Of a stretch of DNA of 64,000 nucleotides, positions 1-10,094 are shown one piece after another. The DNA lies in NCBI GenBank assembly GCA_963666285.1, contig OY762711.1. The stretch is one strand, 5' to 3'. The DNA is from Sedimentisphaerales bacterium (lineage in GTDB: Bacteria > Planctomycetota > Phycisphaerae > Sedimentisphaerales > SM23-30). Both the position numbers and the translations under genes were made by a program. Each line of letters starts with the position of its first letter. The stretch's first letter is position 1. A model generated the notes under the pieces. The model searched no databases and was not told the DNA's origin. It was given only the letters and a program-made list of their open reading frames with translations.

Positions 1-32
1 TTCAATCAATTCGTAGAAAGATTGTATATCAT

Positions 33-392
33 TTATTTCCAAAATTCCGTCCTTTTTTTGCTGTTGTTGCACGAAAAAAAGGTTGATCCGGTTAATGTGT
101 ATTTACAGTTGTGGATGTTATAGATTCTCAGTTTCAAATATTCTTCGTCCCTGTATCCATGAGCGTTTCTCTGGAGCAGTCCGATTTTACGGTTAGTAGC
201 TTCTATTTTAGCACTGCTGATTTTATGTTTGTACCAGTTTAGTACAAACGGTTTCCAGAACATAAGTTTTTTGACTGCATCCTGCAATATCTTGATATCA
301 CTTGAATTAGCTTCGCTTATCCAGCTATCTAATTCATTTTCAGACTCATTTTTATCTGGATACTGGAATAGCAGTTGCAAACCTTCTTTCAT
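33..392 (-). pseudogene. ISL3-family transposase, C-terminal fragment
   Basis: SSAKIEATNRKIGLLQRNAHGYRDEEYLKLRIY resembles the ISL3 C-terminal motif (E..N.KI....R.A.G.R....LRI). Only ~100 aa remain. Confidence 0.8.
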
Positions 393-491
393 GCCGTGCC
401 TTTATTTTTCTTAGTGATTTTTTCACTATCTTCAATATTTTCATGGTAAAATATATTTAATTTATTTTTCATTTTTCATCCTTCAGGAGCC
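81..491 (-). mobile_element. Possible internally deleted ISL3 element
   Basis: GGTTGATCCGG at 81 and GGCTCC (minus strand, from 491) resemble GGYTC ISL3 ends and bracket the transposase fragment. The two ends match each other poorly and no target duplication was seen. Confidence 0.4.
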
Positions 492-604
492 GTTTCACAA
501 CACCTTTCTGGGCTGCCCATAAAACAAAAATAACAACTTACGAATCTCAGTAAATTTTTTTCTCCTCCGCATCTACGCCGTATTATCTCGTCCATCTACG
601 ATTG

Positions 605-1138
605 CCAATTATCTCCAACTTTGTGTCAGGCAGCACATAATAACTTCGCCATTAGGCGACACCTACACTTTGGGAACGCTGAGCTGAGCACTAGCTAGGC
701 ACAATCGACAACAACCGTTTAAAATAAGTCGCGTAGCGACACCATATATATCAAATGATGTGCCAGGGTGTGCAGTACTTATTTTCTATCCTGGCAGCGG
801 TCGCTAATTGCTGGTAGCTGAATTATTTCTACTATCTTATACTTGATACTTAAAGCAACCTTGCCGTACATACACCATTATCGTGTTTGAGCTTCCGTAC
901 CTGTTTGATGTTCCGCCGTGTGCAGTCCGTTTATCGCAATTCACCTCCGTTCAAATCCATATTCTTTTTGTCTCCGTCGGTCCGCCGTGCTGACCTCGTA
1001 TATATTCCGCATATCTCCCATTACCCATGTCCTGAACGAACCAGTGACACCGCAATTGTTCACCCGCTTGCGACATGCGAAGCTTGGCAAATCAGAATGA
1101 TTTACCCTTTTGAATTGTCAATTTCATTCGTCTCCGAG
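605..1138 (-). repeat. Composite non-coding repeat element, copy A (inverted homolog of 12860-15460)
   Basis: Collinear blocks: 1083-1138 with 12860-12916, 895-1028 with 13259-13392, 837-851 with 14990-15004, 808-817 with 15031-15040, 663-785 with 15099-15218. Confidence 0.85.
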
Positions 1139-1516
1139 TAGTTCGACTGGAGAGCTCTAGTCAAGGTTTTGTCCAGTAGGCATTTTATTTTTCTGTCACC
1201 CTGTAATTCAAATATTGAGCAAAATACCTTTCCTCTTAACTGCCTAGCATTTTTATGTTTGTGAAAAATAATGTTTGGCTTGTTTGGAAACTAGATTTCT
1301 ATAATTAGATGATTGTGCATTAAACCTCGATGAAATAGCGTAAAACGATGTTTTGTATCATACATACTGCCTGATTTTGGGATGCACACCTTTTTGAGGA
1401 TGAAATTATTTTTTATTTCTTGCAAATATGTTACATTTTTGTAAAATTACTTATTTGTCACTTTGTTAAATTGTTTTTGTAGATATTTGTAACTCGACAG
1501 GGGATGTTGTACAATA

Positions 1517-3058
1517 ATGAGTATAAATGGCCTATATGATACGCCTTTAGTTGCGTTGTATAAGATTAGTCAAATACTGAATACCAGTGCTGGTCAGCAG
1601 CAGATATTAGCCGAAGTTTTGGATGTTTTGGATGTGGAAATAGGCATGAAGAGAGGGGTTGTAACTCTTCTTTCGCCTGATCGTGATGCGATTATGTTTG
1701 ATGTAACGCATGAAGTTGCTCCAAATAAGGCAAAAGAGATTGGTTTTAAAATTGGGGAAGGCATAACCGGTAAAGTAATTGAAAGTGGCAGGCCCAAGGT
1801 CGTCCCAAAGATCTCAGAAGAGCCGGGTTTTCTTGACAGAGCTAACCGGATGCAGTATGCCGAAGGTGAGAGAAGCTTTATTTGTGTTCCAATTATCTCC
1901 GGAAGTGTTACTGTAGGGACTATTTCAGTCGATGTGGATTATAATCCAGATGAGAATCTGGAGCAGAAACAGCAGCTGTTGAGTATAGTCGCAAGTATGG
2001 TTGCTCATGATGTTACTATGCGGCGTCGTGCCAAGGAAGAAAAGCAGAAGTACGAAAATGAGAACATTCGTTTGCGGAATGAGTTGGAGGATAAGTATCG
2101 TCCAGAGAATATTATCGGTAACTCAAATGCCATGAGAGATGTTTATCGGGCGATATATCAGGTTGCTTCCAGTGATGCAACCGTTTTGATCAGGGGAGAG
2201 TCAGGAACAGGAAAAGAGCTGGTTGCTCACGCGATACATTATAGCAGTCCGCGAGCTAAGGGAGCTTTTGTAAGGGTAAATTGTGCAGCATTGAATGAGA
2301 ATCTTCTGGAAAGTGAGCTATTTGGACATGAAAAAGGCGCTTTTACGGGCGCAATTAATGCACATATTGGTCATATTGAAGAGGCAGAAGGTGGAACTCT
2401 ATTCCTGGATGAAATAGGTGATTTCTCTCCAGCAATTCAGGTTAAACTGTTGCGTATTTTGCAGGAGAGAGAGTATAAGCGGGTGGGCAGCAATAAAACA
2501 TTGAAAAGTAATGCCAGGATTATTTGTGCGACCAATCGGGATCTAGAAAAAGCTGTTGAATCCGGAGAATTTCGTCAGGATTTATATTACAGAATAAATG
2601 TATTTCCTATTTTTCTTCCGCCTTTGCGTGATAGAAAAGATGACATTTTGCTGCTTGTTGATCATTTTGTAGAAAAGTATTCTTCTCGTCTGGGAAAAGA
2701 TGTCAAGCGAATTAGTACTCCGGCTATTAATATTATGACGGCATACCATTGGCCCGGTAATGTTCGTGAACTGGAAAACTGTATAGAGCGTGCTGTTTTG
2801 CTTAGCAGCGAAGGGGTAATACACGGACATCATTTGCCGCCAACACTCCAGACATCAGATGCTACCGATACATTCGGCACCGGGTCGTTCAAAGAGCGAG
2901 TGAGCTTGTTTGAACGCGATCTGATTGTTGACGCCTTGAAGCGTACCGGAGGCAATCTTGCCGCAGCTGCTCGCGATCTTAGCACAACCTCCAGGATTAT
3001 CAGGTACAAAGTTCAGGAGCTGTCAATTGATTATCGAAAATATCGTCGGAAAACATAG
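1517..3058 (+). CDS. NifA-like sigma54-dependent activator (GAF-AAA+-Fis HTH)
   Basis: N-terminal [11 protein letters not shown] Walker A, GAFTGA loop, FLDEIG Walker [12 protein letters not shown]-terminal HTH. Confidence 0.93.
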   Translation: MSINGLYDTPLVALYKISQILNTSAGQQQILAEVLDVLDVEIGMKRGVVTLLSPDRDAIMFDVTHEVAPNKAKEIGFKIGEGITGKVIESGRPKVVPKISEEPGFLDRANRMQYAEGERSFICVPIISGSVTVGTISVDVDYNPDENLEQKQQLLSIVASMVAHDVTMRRRAKEEKQKYENENIRLRNELEDKYRPENIIGNSNAMRDVYRAIYQVASSDATVLIRGESGTGKELVAHAIHYSSPRAKGAFVRVNCAALNENLLESELFGHEKGAFTGAINAHIGHIEEAEGGTLFLDEIGDFSPAIQVKLLRILQEREYKRVGSNKTLKSNARIICATNRDLEKAVESGEFRQDLYYRINVFPIFLPPLRDRKDDILLLVDHFVEKYSSRLGKDVKRISTPAINIMTAYHWPGNVRELENCIERAVLLSSEGVIHGHHLPPTLQTSDATDTFGTGSFKERVSLFERDLIVDALKRTGGNLAAAARDLSTTSRIIRYKVQELSIDYRKYRRKT

Positions 3059-3340
3059 CAGTTGACTCTTTTCAAATTTGTTATGTTGCTAGTGTGTGTA
3101 TTTGAAGAACACACTAGCTAGCGGGTAGTTGGGTGTGCCAGATTCGGCAGTCAAACGGTAAATTGTTAATTGCCTTTCAGTTTATGTTTCTTCCTGCAAA
3201 CTTTCAGTTTTTAGTCCTATAACTAAAGGTGCCTTTATTCCCATGCTGTTTTTCTTATAGTCGGTGTTGTTCGTAAGTCCTTGTTTTGCAATCCTATAAG
3301 TTGTGATTGTTTTTGTCTTGATATTCCATTAATAGTTTGT

Positions 3341-3368
3341 TAAAGGCATGTTAGCCAGTAAACGATAT
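3341..3368 (+). promoter_or_regulatory. sigma28-like promoter upstream of cheD
   Basis: TAAA-N16-AACGATAT, about 70 bp upstream of the GTG start. Confidence 0.55.
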
Positions 3369-3439
3369 TCAGACAGTGAACGATAGTATTATATTAATTA
3401 TATGATTATTAACAGTGTAATAGGAAGTACAAATAACAA

Positions 3440-3916
3440 GTGAAACTGGTAGTAGGTATATCAGATGCAAAAGTTTCGGCAAGCCCAGAAGATGAGATAC
3501 TAACTTATTCGCTTGGTTCTTGTATTGGCGTTGCTGTTTACGACCAAAGGGTAAAAGTAGGCGGAATGCTGCACTTTCAACTGCCAAGCAGTGTAGATAA
3601 CATTGAAAGAGCACTCGAAAATCCTTTTATGTTTGCAGATACAGGCATGAAGGAGATGCTTAAGATGATGTATAAGCTTGGTGCTGATATGAAAAATATC
3701 AAGATAAAAATAGCTGGAGGAGCTCAGATTATGAATGATGCAAAAATCTTCCAGATAGGCAAAAGAAATTACACTGCTATTAGAAAGCTATTATGGCAAA
3801 ATGGCTTGTTTATAGAAAATGAAGATATTGGCGGTAATCATGCCCGTTCACTTAAGCTTAATATAGCAGACGGTCAGGTGATAGTAGGAAAAGTAGACAC
3901 AAAGAAATTATTATAG
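3440..3916 (+). CDS. cheD: Chemoreceptor glutamine deamidase CheD
   Basis: TYSLGSCIGV (catalytic Cys), GGMLH, FADTG, KIAGGA, IGKRN, EDIGG. Confidence 0.93.
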   Translation: MKLVVGISDAKVSASPEDEILTYSLGSCIGVAVYDQRVKVGGMLHFQLPSSVDNIERALENPFMFADTGMKEMLKMMYKLGADMKNIKIKIAGGAQIMNDAKIFQIGKRNYTAIRKLLWQNGLFIENEDIGGNHARSLKLNIADGQVIVGKVDTKKLL

Positions 3917-3996
3917 AGAATAAGATATAATTTCTATAAGTTAAATAGTTGTATATATTGATTGCTACATGAATATATTGATAACTGGAGAAAGTA

Positions 3997-4476
3997 ATGC
4001 TTGTAACAAATAGCAAAAAGAGTTCAAGTGAATTATTAGCCGAGTCTTTTTCTCAGACTATAGAGACTATGGCGTTTATGATGGCATTGCCTCCTGAGGA
4101 AGAATTATCTGAGCCAGAAGAATCTGTCAAAGTTAAGATGAGTTTTACAGGCCCTATTTCCGGGCAGATAGAGCTGGCAGCAGGTATGGAAGTTATAATA
4201 AATGCTGCAGCCAATATAATGGGACTTGAACCGGATGATCCTCTTGCACGCGATAAGGCTACCGATGCATTTAAGGAAATTCTTAATACAACATGTGGCA
4301 TTCTCTTGCCCAGGATAGCCACATCACCAAGTGATATTTTTGACGTGAAGATACCGGAAGAAGAAATTTTCTATAATCGTGCTATGTGGTCTGAATATGC
4401 AACACAGTCTGATGTCATCCTTTTAGAAATAGATTATAACCTTGTGGCAGTAAAAATGGTAATAACTTCTAGCTGA
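3997..4476 (+). CDS. CheX/CheC-family chemotaxis phosphatase-like protein
   Basis: SFTGPISG strand and DAFKEILNTTCG (E-x2-N phosphatase motif); directly follows cheD. Confidence 0.75.
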   Translation: MLVTNSKKSSSELLAESFSQTIETMAFMMALPPEEELSEPEESVKVKMSFTGPISGQIELAAGMEVIINAAANIMGLEPDDPLARDKATDAFKEILNTTCGILLPRIATSPSDIFDVKIPEEEIFYNRAMWSEYATQSDVILLEIDYNLVAVKMVITSS

Positions 4477-4632
4477 TAATATTATTGCTATATGATTTTT
4501 ATTTACAATCAATATTGGGAAAACAAAGCAAAGGATTATTGATTGGGAAAAATTATTGATAATTATTTTATATATAATAAGCAAAAGGAAGATCGAAGAA
4601 AGAATATAATTTGTCTTTGAACATTATATATT

Positions 4633-5667
4633 ATGTTTCAAAATGGAGAAAAGAAAACATATCTTAGATATTCTGCAGGGAAAATACTATTTTGTGGTAT
4701 TCTTGCAGCAATATTATATCTGCAGGTTCAAATCTATACGTTAGGAACCAGGGTAAACAAAACTTCGCCGGGCGATGTTTCTGAAATAGTATTAGCATCC
4801 AAGAAAAATGATTTAGCTGAAATTGAGAATATTTATATTCAAGATTCTGCCAATTCTGTTGAATTACAGGCATTAAGTCAAAGCGTTTGTTTAATCCAGG
4901 GTGAATATGTTTTTATTGATCCTGCAGGAAAACATGTTAGTTGGCAGGATGCTAATAATGTAATTTATGCTGCAAATTATTCTGAAATAAATGAGCAGAA
5001 TGAACAGGAATTGTCAATTCAGTATACCGGTAGTGGGTTTTTGGTGGATAAGCACGGACTTATTGTAACCAATAAGCACGTTGCTTTGCCATGGTTAGAA
5101 AAATGCAGAGATAAGGAGCTGATAAAAGCCGGTTTTACCCCAAAGATGGTGATGTTCAGAGCATTTTTTCCGGGTATTAAAACTCCATTTAATATAGAGC
5201 TGATAACTGAGGCGGAAAATGATGACCTGGCAATATTGAAAATGAATATAGTTTCAGATTATCAGTTGCATCCTTTATCGCTGTGCAGCTCAAAAAATAA
5301 AGTTGCCATGGGTGACCCGGTTATCGTGCTTGGATATCCAACTGGTTTTGATCTGCTATCTGCAAGTATTGATGATAGTCCTTCTCAGCTGGTTTATGAA
5401 GATTTTGCCGGACTTGGAGAAGCTTTGGCTGATTCTTGTTTAATCTTTCCTATGGCAACAAGAGGTATATGCGGGCAGGTTTATCCTGGAAGAGTAGCGT
5501 ATGATGCCCCAACGGCTATCGGTGCTTCCGGCTCACCTGTATTGAATAGCCGAGGTGAAGTTATAGCTGTTAATACGGCTCTCTTAAAAGGGTTTTCAGG
5601 AACTAATTTTGGTATTCCGGTTGAAAAAGTTGAAAGCCTTCTAAATATAATTCAATTTTCAAAATAA
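4633..5667 (+). CDS. Membrane-anchored trypsin-like (S1) serine protease, no PDZ domain
   Basis: N-terminal TM segment; GSGF, TNKHV (His), DDLAIL (Asp), GASGSP (Ser). Confidence 0.88.
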   Translation: MFQNGEKKTYLRYSAGKILFCGILAAILYLQVQIYTLGTRVNKTSPGDVSEIVLASKKNDLAEIENIYIQDSANSVELQALSQSVCLIQGEYVFIDPAGKHVSWQDANNVIYAANYSEINEQNEQELSIQYTGSGFLVDKHGLIVTNKHVALPWLEKCRDKELIKAGFTPKMVMFRAFFPGIKTPFNIELITEAENDDLAILKMNIVSDYQLHPLSLCSSKNKVAMGDPVIVLGYPTGFDLLSASIDDSPSQLVYEDFAGLGEALADSCLIFPMATRGICGQVYPGRVAYDAPTAIGASGSPVLNSRGEVIAVNTALLKGFSGTNFGIPVEKVESLLNIIQFSK

Positions 5668-5896
5668 GTTGCATAATCAGCTTTCATAGTTAATAACTTT
5701 TACCTTTTTATAGTTTGTGTTATCAGACTGTAGATAAATTAATATGTCATTTTGGTACACTAATTATAATTGTATCAGAAGTTGTGTTGCATGTAATAAC
5801 CTTTATATCAGTACTAATAACCGAGGACTGTAATGTTTTAGGTTCAATAGGGCTTAAAGTGATTATGGGGATGGTTGTGTATGTTGTGAAACATGG

Positions 5897-5923
5897 TCAA
5901 GTTTTTGGATTAGAAGTCGATAC
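5897..5923 (+). promoter_or_regulatory. sigma28-like promoter upstream of cheW
   Basis: TCAA-N15-GTCGATAC. Confidence 0.55.
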
Positions 5924-6003
5924 AACTAATGAGCAGTTAGATAATACGCCTGAATGTTTTGGCTATACTGCTTGAAGTTCATAATAACAAATGGAGATTA
6001 TCA

Positions 6004-6492
6004 ATGGCAGAACAGACAACAATAACAAAGGGAAGAGCTCAGGCAGGTAAATATCTTACATTTGTACTCGGAAATGAAGATTTCGGAGTGGAAATATTGA
6101 AAGTCAAAGAGATTATTGGCTATCAGGAAGTTACTGAAGTTCCTCAGACTCCGACAGAAGTTAAGGGCGTACTAAATCTTCGCGGCCAGGTAATTCCGGT
6201 TGTTGATCTACGACTTAGATTTGGCATGGAAGAGAAAGAAATAACAGAAGAAACCTGTATTCTTGTGGTAGAAATATCAGGAACTAGTGGACCAATATTT
6301 GTAGGTATTGTAGTTGACAATGTTTCTGAAGTTCTTGACATAAGAGAGGAGCAAATTGAGCCGGCGCCGGAATTTGGTAAGTCTGTTAATATAGATTTTA
6401 TTCTGGGTATGGGTAAGATAGGCGAAAATGTTAAGATTCTCCTGGACATCGAAAAAGTAGTTGGAGGTTGTGATTTTGAGTCTATGTTGTAG
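6004..6492 (+). CDS. cheW: Chemotaxis coupling protein CheW
   Basis: YLTFVLG..FGVEILKVKEIIG, GVLNLRGQVIPVVDLR, GIVVDNVSEV. The ATG at 6004 follows GGAG and is preferred over 5959. Confidence 0.95.
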   Translation: MAEQTTITKGRAQAGKYLTFVLGNEDFGVEILKVKEIIGYQEVTEVPQTPTEVKGVLNLRGQVIPVVDLRLRFGMEEKEITEETCILVVEISGTSGPIFVGIVVDNVSEVLDIREEQIEPAPEFGKSVNIDFILGMGKIGENVKILLDIEKVVGGCDFESML

Positions 6493-6528
6493 GGGGATTT
6501 GATTTAAGATTAAGAAAGTTTGATTGGC

Positions 6529-6639
6529 ATGAGAATGATGTTCCAGGCGTATTCAAGCTTTTCTGAATTACTTTTGGCAAAGAATAAACCTGAGGTTGCT
6601 ATTCCCTTTGGCGATGATGGTTTTAATGAGTTTAGCTAA
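6529..6639 (+). pseudogene. 36-aa ORF resembling the extreme C-terminus of a methyl-accepting chemotaxis protein
   Basis: Translates MRMMFQAYSSFSELLLAKNKPEVAIPFGDDGFNEFS*, ending in an IP..DD.FxxF-type tail. It lies between cheW and the terminator. Confidence 0.6.
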
Positions 6640-6689
6640 AAACATTATGGTCGGAGAAAAGCCGGTTTCTTGACCGGCTATTGAAAATT

Positions 6690-6722
6690 AAATCCGCTCG
6701 AATTACTTCGGGCGGATTTTTT
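6690..6722 (+). terminator. Intrinsic terminator of the cheW unit
   Basis: AAATCCGCTCGAA / TTCGGGCGGATTT stem followed by a T-run. Confidence 0.8.
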
Positions 6723-6940
6723 ATAATATTAAGTAAGTACAGATTCTTACGCAGGTTATGAATAGAATCATGAAAACTATTCTCTCAAAATGATTTTCCT
6801 GCATTTTAATTTGCTTATGGCATATGCTTAGCGGGTGTTTCAAAGAAAAACCTGTTTTTTTTTTGGTCTAGCTGTGAATTATATGCGTATTATCATTTAA
6901 GCTAGTGTTAAATTATGCGAAATCGAAGTGAGGTGCAATA

Positions 6941-8794
6941 ATGATAATAAATCATAAGCTCTTAATAATTATATTCTTATCGGTAATTGGAAGTTTGAGT
7001 GCTCAGTTTCAGGATATGCTGAATTTGTCTGAAAATGACACAAACAAACAAGATAAAAAGCCGGAAACCAGAGTCTTAGTTAAACTTATGCACAATTCGG
7101 TCGGAGTTGGTCAGTCTTCCATTGTCGCTGTGATTATGGATATACCAGAAAATCAGCATTTTTATGCTAATGAAAATTCCGGCGGGATAGGTTTGCCGAC
7201 TGAAATGAAGGTTGAACCTGTTGAAGGGCTGGAGTTTGGTACGCCAACATATCCTAAAGGTCATGAATATAAGGATATGGCAGGTAATATAGATATGGTT
7301 TATGAGAAAGAGGTGACCATTTACCTGCCTGTAAAAAATGTTGGAATTGAAGAAAATTCTCAAATCTCACTGAATATTACTCTTGATGGTCAGTATTGTA
7401 CTGAATCCGGGCAATGTTTTTTATGGGATGATAGTGTTTCGGCTGAGTTGAAAATCGATCCTGAGTTAGAAATGCCTGATATAAATGAGGATAGTGCTTC
7501 ATTTTTTGACGGGATGGATGCTGAATCATATTTTCAGGGAAAAGATGTTGAATCAGCAAATGCTCAACAATCAAGTGGAGAAGATGGTTGGATTTTAATT
7601 CATATACTTGCGGCATTAGGGGCAGGTGTGATTATGAATCTGATGCCTTGTGTGCTACCGGTAATCCCACTGAAAGTTATGAGTATTATTAAACAGGGAC
7701 AGCAAGCTAAGGAAAGCGGCGATAATTTTAAGTCTTTTAAGCTTTCGCTTGCATTTGCTGCCGGGATAATTCTGCTTTTTGCGGTTTTGGGACTTATTTT
7801 GTCCATTTATAACTTGAATTATGGCCAACAGTTTCAGAATTTTACCTTTAAGCTGTCGATGTTTTTGCTTGTTTATATTATGGGGTTGTCAATGTTTGGT
7901 CTGTTTGAGATTACTTTACCTTCTTCGATTGCCAATATTGGTGCGGTAAAAGAAGGTTATATGGGTACGTTTATGATGGGGATAATGGCGACTTTGCTGG
8001 CTACACCGTGCAGTGCTCCATTTTTGGGTGGAACATTGTTTTGGGCATTGAATAGTTCGGCAATAACGACACTGATTATTTTTATATGTATAGGTATTGG
8101 TATGGCAGCACCTTATGTTATTCTGACGGCATTTCCTGATTTACTGAATAAGATGCCGACCGCCGGAGCGTGGATGATAAGGCTTAAAGAAGGCTTATCG
8201 TTTCTTATGTTTGGTGTTGCTGTGTACCTGGCTACTTTGTTCAGGCCGGCAGAAATAATTCCGTTGCTATCGCTGGCCGTTGCTATTGCTTTTGGGCTAT
8301 GGCTAAGTTTTAAGGTTGTGAATTTCACAACGCCAACAGGTAAGAAGTATATAGTGCGTGCTATTGCAGCAGCGGTTATATTGTTTACTGGAGTTATAGG
8401 TTTTGGCGATTCTGATTCAATAGGCTATTTAATATTAGCAGATAAAGGCTCGTCATATTCTGAAATAATTGCTGCCAAGGAGAAAGCACTGGATGAAGGT
8501 AAGGTTGTTTATTTGGAATTTACTGCTAACTGGTGTCCTAATTGTAAATATGTTGAAAAGACAGTATTAGATACTGAAGCCTTTGCCAAGAAGATGAATG
8601 AGGTTAATGCCGGGATGATAATAGCTGATTGGACGCAAAAGGACGATGCGATAAAAGCAGAGCTAAACAGGCTAGGCAGTAAAAGCATTCCGTTTACGGC
8701 GGTATTTCACCCGGAAAAGCCGGATGAACCTATCCTGCTAAGAGATATATACTCTCTCCAGTCTGCCCTGGATGCCCTGGATGGCAAAAGGTAG
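6941..8794 (+). CDS. dsbD: DsbD-like thiol:disulfide interchange protein
   Basis: Signal peptide, N-terminal domain with CTESGQC, TM domain with MPCVLP and ATPCSAP, C-terminal thioredoxin WCPNC. Confidence 0.88.
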   Translation: MIINHKLLIIIFLSVIGSLSAQFQDMLNLSENDTNKQDKKPETRVLVKLMHNSVGVGQSSIVAVIMDIPENQHFYANENSGGIGLPTEMKVEPVEGLEFGTPTYPKGHEYKDMAGNIDMVYEKEVTIYLPVKNVGIEENSQISLNITLDGQYCTESGQCFLWDDSVSAELKIDPELEMPDINEDSASFFDGMDAESYFQGKDVESANAQQSSGEDGWILIHILAALGAGVIMNLMPCVLPVIPLKVMSIIKQGQQAKESGDNFKSFKLSLAFAAGIILLFAVLGLILSIYNLNYGQQFQNFTFKLSMFLLVYIMGLSMFGLFEITLPSSIANIGAVKEGYMGTFMMGIMATLLATPCSAPFLGGTLFWALNSSAITTLIIFICIGIGMAAPYVILTAFPDLLNKMPTAGAWMIRLKEGLSFLMFGVAVYLATLFRPAEIIPLLSLAVAIAFGLWLSFKVVNFTTPTGKKYIVRAIAAAVILFTGVIGFGDSDSIGYLILADKGSSYSEIIAAKEKALDEGKVVYLEFTANWCPNCKYVEKTVLDTEAFAKKMNEVNAGMIIADWTQKDDAIKAELNRLGSKSIPFTAVFHPEKPDEPILLRDIYSLQSALDALDGKR

Positions 8795-8817
8795 TGATAA
8801 TAAGGGTTTAAAGAGAT

Positions 8818-8849
8818 AAAGCGGATGTTAAGCGGCGTCCGCTTTTTTT
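8818..8849 (+). terminator. Intrinsic terminator after dsbD
   Basis: AAAGCGGATGTT / GGCGTCCGCTTT stem with T7. Confidence 0.8.
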
Positions 8850-8873
8850 GTTTATCGGCGGTAAAAGCTCATC

Positions 8874-8902
8874 TTGACTATGGCAGTATTTTTTGTTATC
8901 AT
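8874..8902 (+). promoter_or_regulatory. sigma70-type promoter for trpS-scpA-xth-nth
   Basis: TTGACT-N17-TATCAT with an extended TG. Confidence 0.6.
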
Positions 8903-9059
8903 ATCTTGCTTGTAGCAAATGTACAACTGTCTATTTTATAAAGAGTTAAGTTAGTACAATTTGCTTAAGACTCGTCCGGCAGCTTGTGATTTGAGCAAAA
9001 AAGACTGAAAAACGTATATCACATCCGTGTCGGCATTATTCATAGTACAGGTTAGAGAT

Positions 9060-10034
9060 ATGGCAAAACGAATATTATCAGGAATTCAGCCTTCGGGCAA
9101 ACTGCATTTAGGGAATTATTTTGGCGCTATCAGCCAATTTGTGGACTATCAGAACCAGGGTGATGAGTGCTTTTATTTCATTGCGGATTATCATGCGATG
9201 ACAACTGTTAAAGATCCGGCGATGCTTAGAGAGTATGTAAATGAGGTCGCATTGACATATCTGGCATTTGGCATAGACCCGGAAAAAGTGGCGTTTTACC
9301 GACAGAGCGATGTGCCTGAGGTTACAGAGCTGAGCTGGATTTTTTCCTGCCTGATTCCTAACGGTCTTCTCGAACGCTGCGTAAGCTATAAGGATAAGAT
9401 AGCCCAGGGACTGACCCCGAACCATGGCTTATTCTATTATCCATGTTTGCAGGCTGCTGATATCCTGATTACCGGTTGTGATATTGTGCCTGTCGGTCAG
9501 GACCAGAAACAGCATGTAGAGGTTACCCGCGATATAGCCGAGAAATTCAATAACCAGTATGGTGAAGTGCTGACAATTCCTGAGCCTCGTATCCGGGAGT
9601 CTACGGCTATTGTTCCTGGTGTTGATGGCCGTAAGATGTCAAAGAGCTATGACAATACTATTCCGCTGATCGAAGCGGCAGGGAAGTGCAAGAAACGCAT
9701 TATGAAGGTAGTGACAGATTCTACCCCGGTAGAAGATCCGAAAGACCCGGAAAAGTGTAATGTGTTTGCCTTACTGAAGCTGTTTTGCAATGAAACCGAA
9801 CTGGCTGAATGGCGTGACAGATATACTAGCGGCGGGATGGGTTATGGCGAAGCCAAGAAGGCCCTAGCCGAGATGGTAAACAATTTCCTTGAGCCTGCCC
9901 GTGCAAGATATGAAGAGCTGGTAAATGATATGTCTTATGTTGAAGATGTTCTGTCCGATGGTGCCAGGAAGGCGCATGTCACGACAGATGCTCTGATGGA
10001 AAAAGTAAGGTCGGCGACCGGGCTGAGGAAGTAA
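9060..10034 (+). CDS. trpS: Tryptophan--tRNA ligase
   Basis: SGIQPSGKLHLGNY (HIGH), YPCLQAADIL, VPVGQDQKQH, KMSKS; ATG at 9060. Confidence 0.97.
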   Translation: MAKRILSGIQPSGKLHLGNYFGAISQFVDYQNQGDECFYFIADYHAMTTVKDPAMLREYVNEVALTYLAFGIDPEKVAFYRQSDVPEVTELSWIFSCLIPNGLLERCVSYKDKIAQGLTPNHGLFYYPCLQAADILITGCDIVPVGQDQKQHVEVTRDIAEKFNNQYGEVLTIPEPRIRESTAIVPGVDGRKMSKSYDNTIPLIEAAGKCKKRIMKVVTDSTPVEDPKDPEKCNVFALLKLFCNETELAEWRDRYTSGGMGYGEAKKALAEMVNNFLEPARARYEELVNDMSYVEDVLSDGARKAHVTTDALMEKVRSATGLRK

Positions 10035-10094
10035 AAAATAAAGTGCTCTACGGATGCCAGATTAGAATAGGCAAGATGCAAGAATTCAAGATAT

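Noticed and set aside
887..1141. ORFs 887-1141 and 918-1100, and the similar-looking 13007-13498 ORF
   Set aside because: Their similarity switches between reading frames; they overlie the non-coding repeat and show no recognisable motifs.
1517..3058. Calling the activator nifA (nitrogen fixation)
   Set aside because: No nif genes in the window; the GAF-AAA-HTH architecture is shared by many enhancer-binding proteins.
5715..5975. 86-aa ORF upstream of cheW
   Set aside because: TTG start without a clear RBS, no motifs, and it overlaps the predicted cheW promoter.
6818..6832. sigma54-like TGGCATATGCTTAGC upstream of dsbD
   Set aside because: GG-N10-GC spacing is correct but the -12 element is weak and nothing else supports it.
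8852..8877. Perfect GCCGATAA on the minus strand
   Set aside because: It points antisense into the dsbD terminator and lacks a -35 box at N15/N16. It shows that single CGATA boxes occur by chance.
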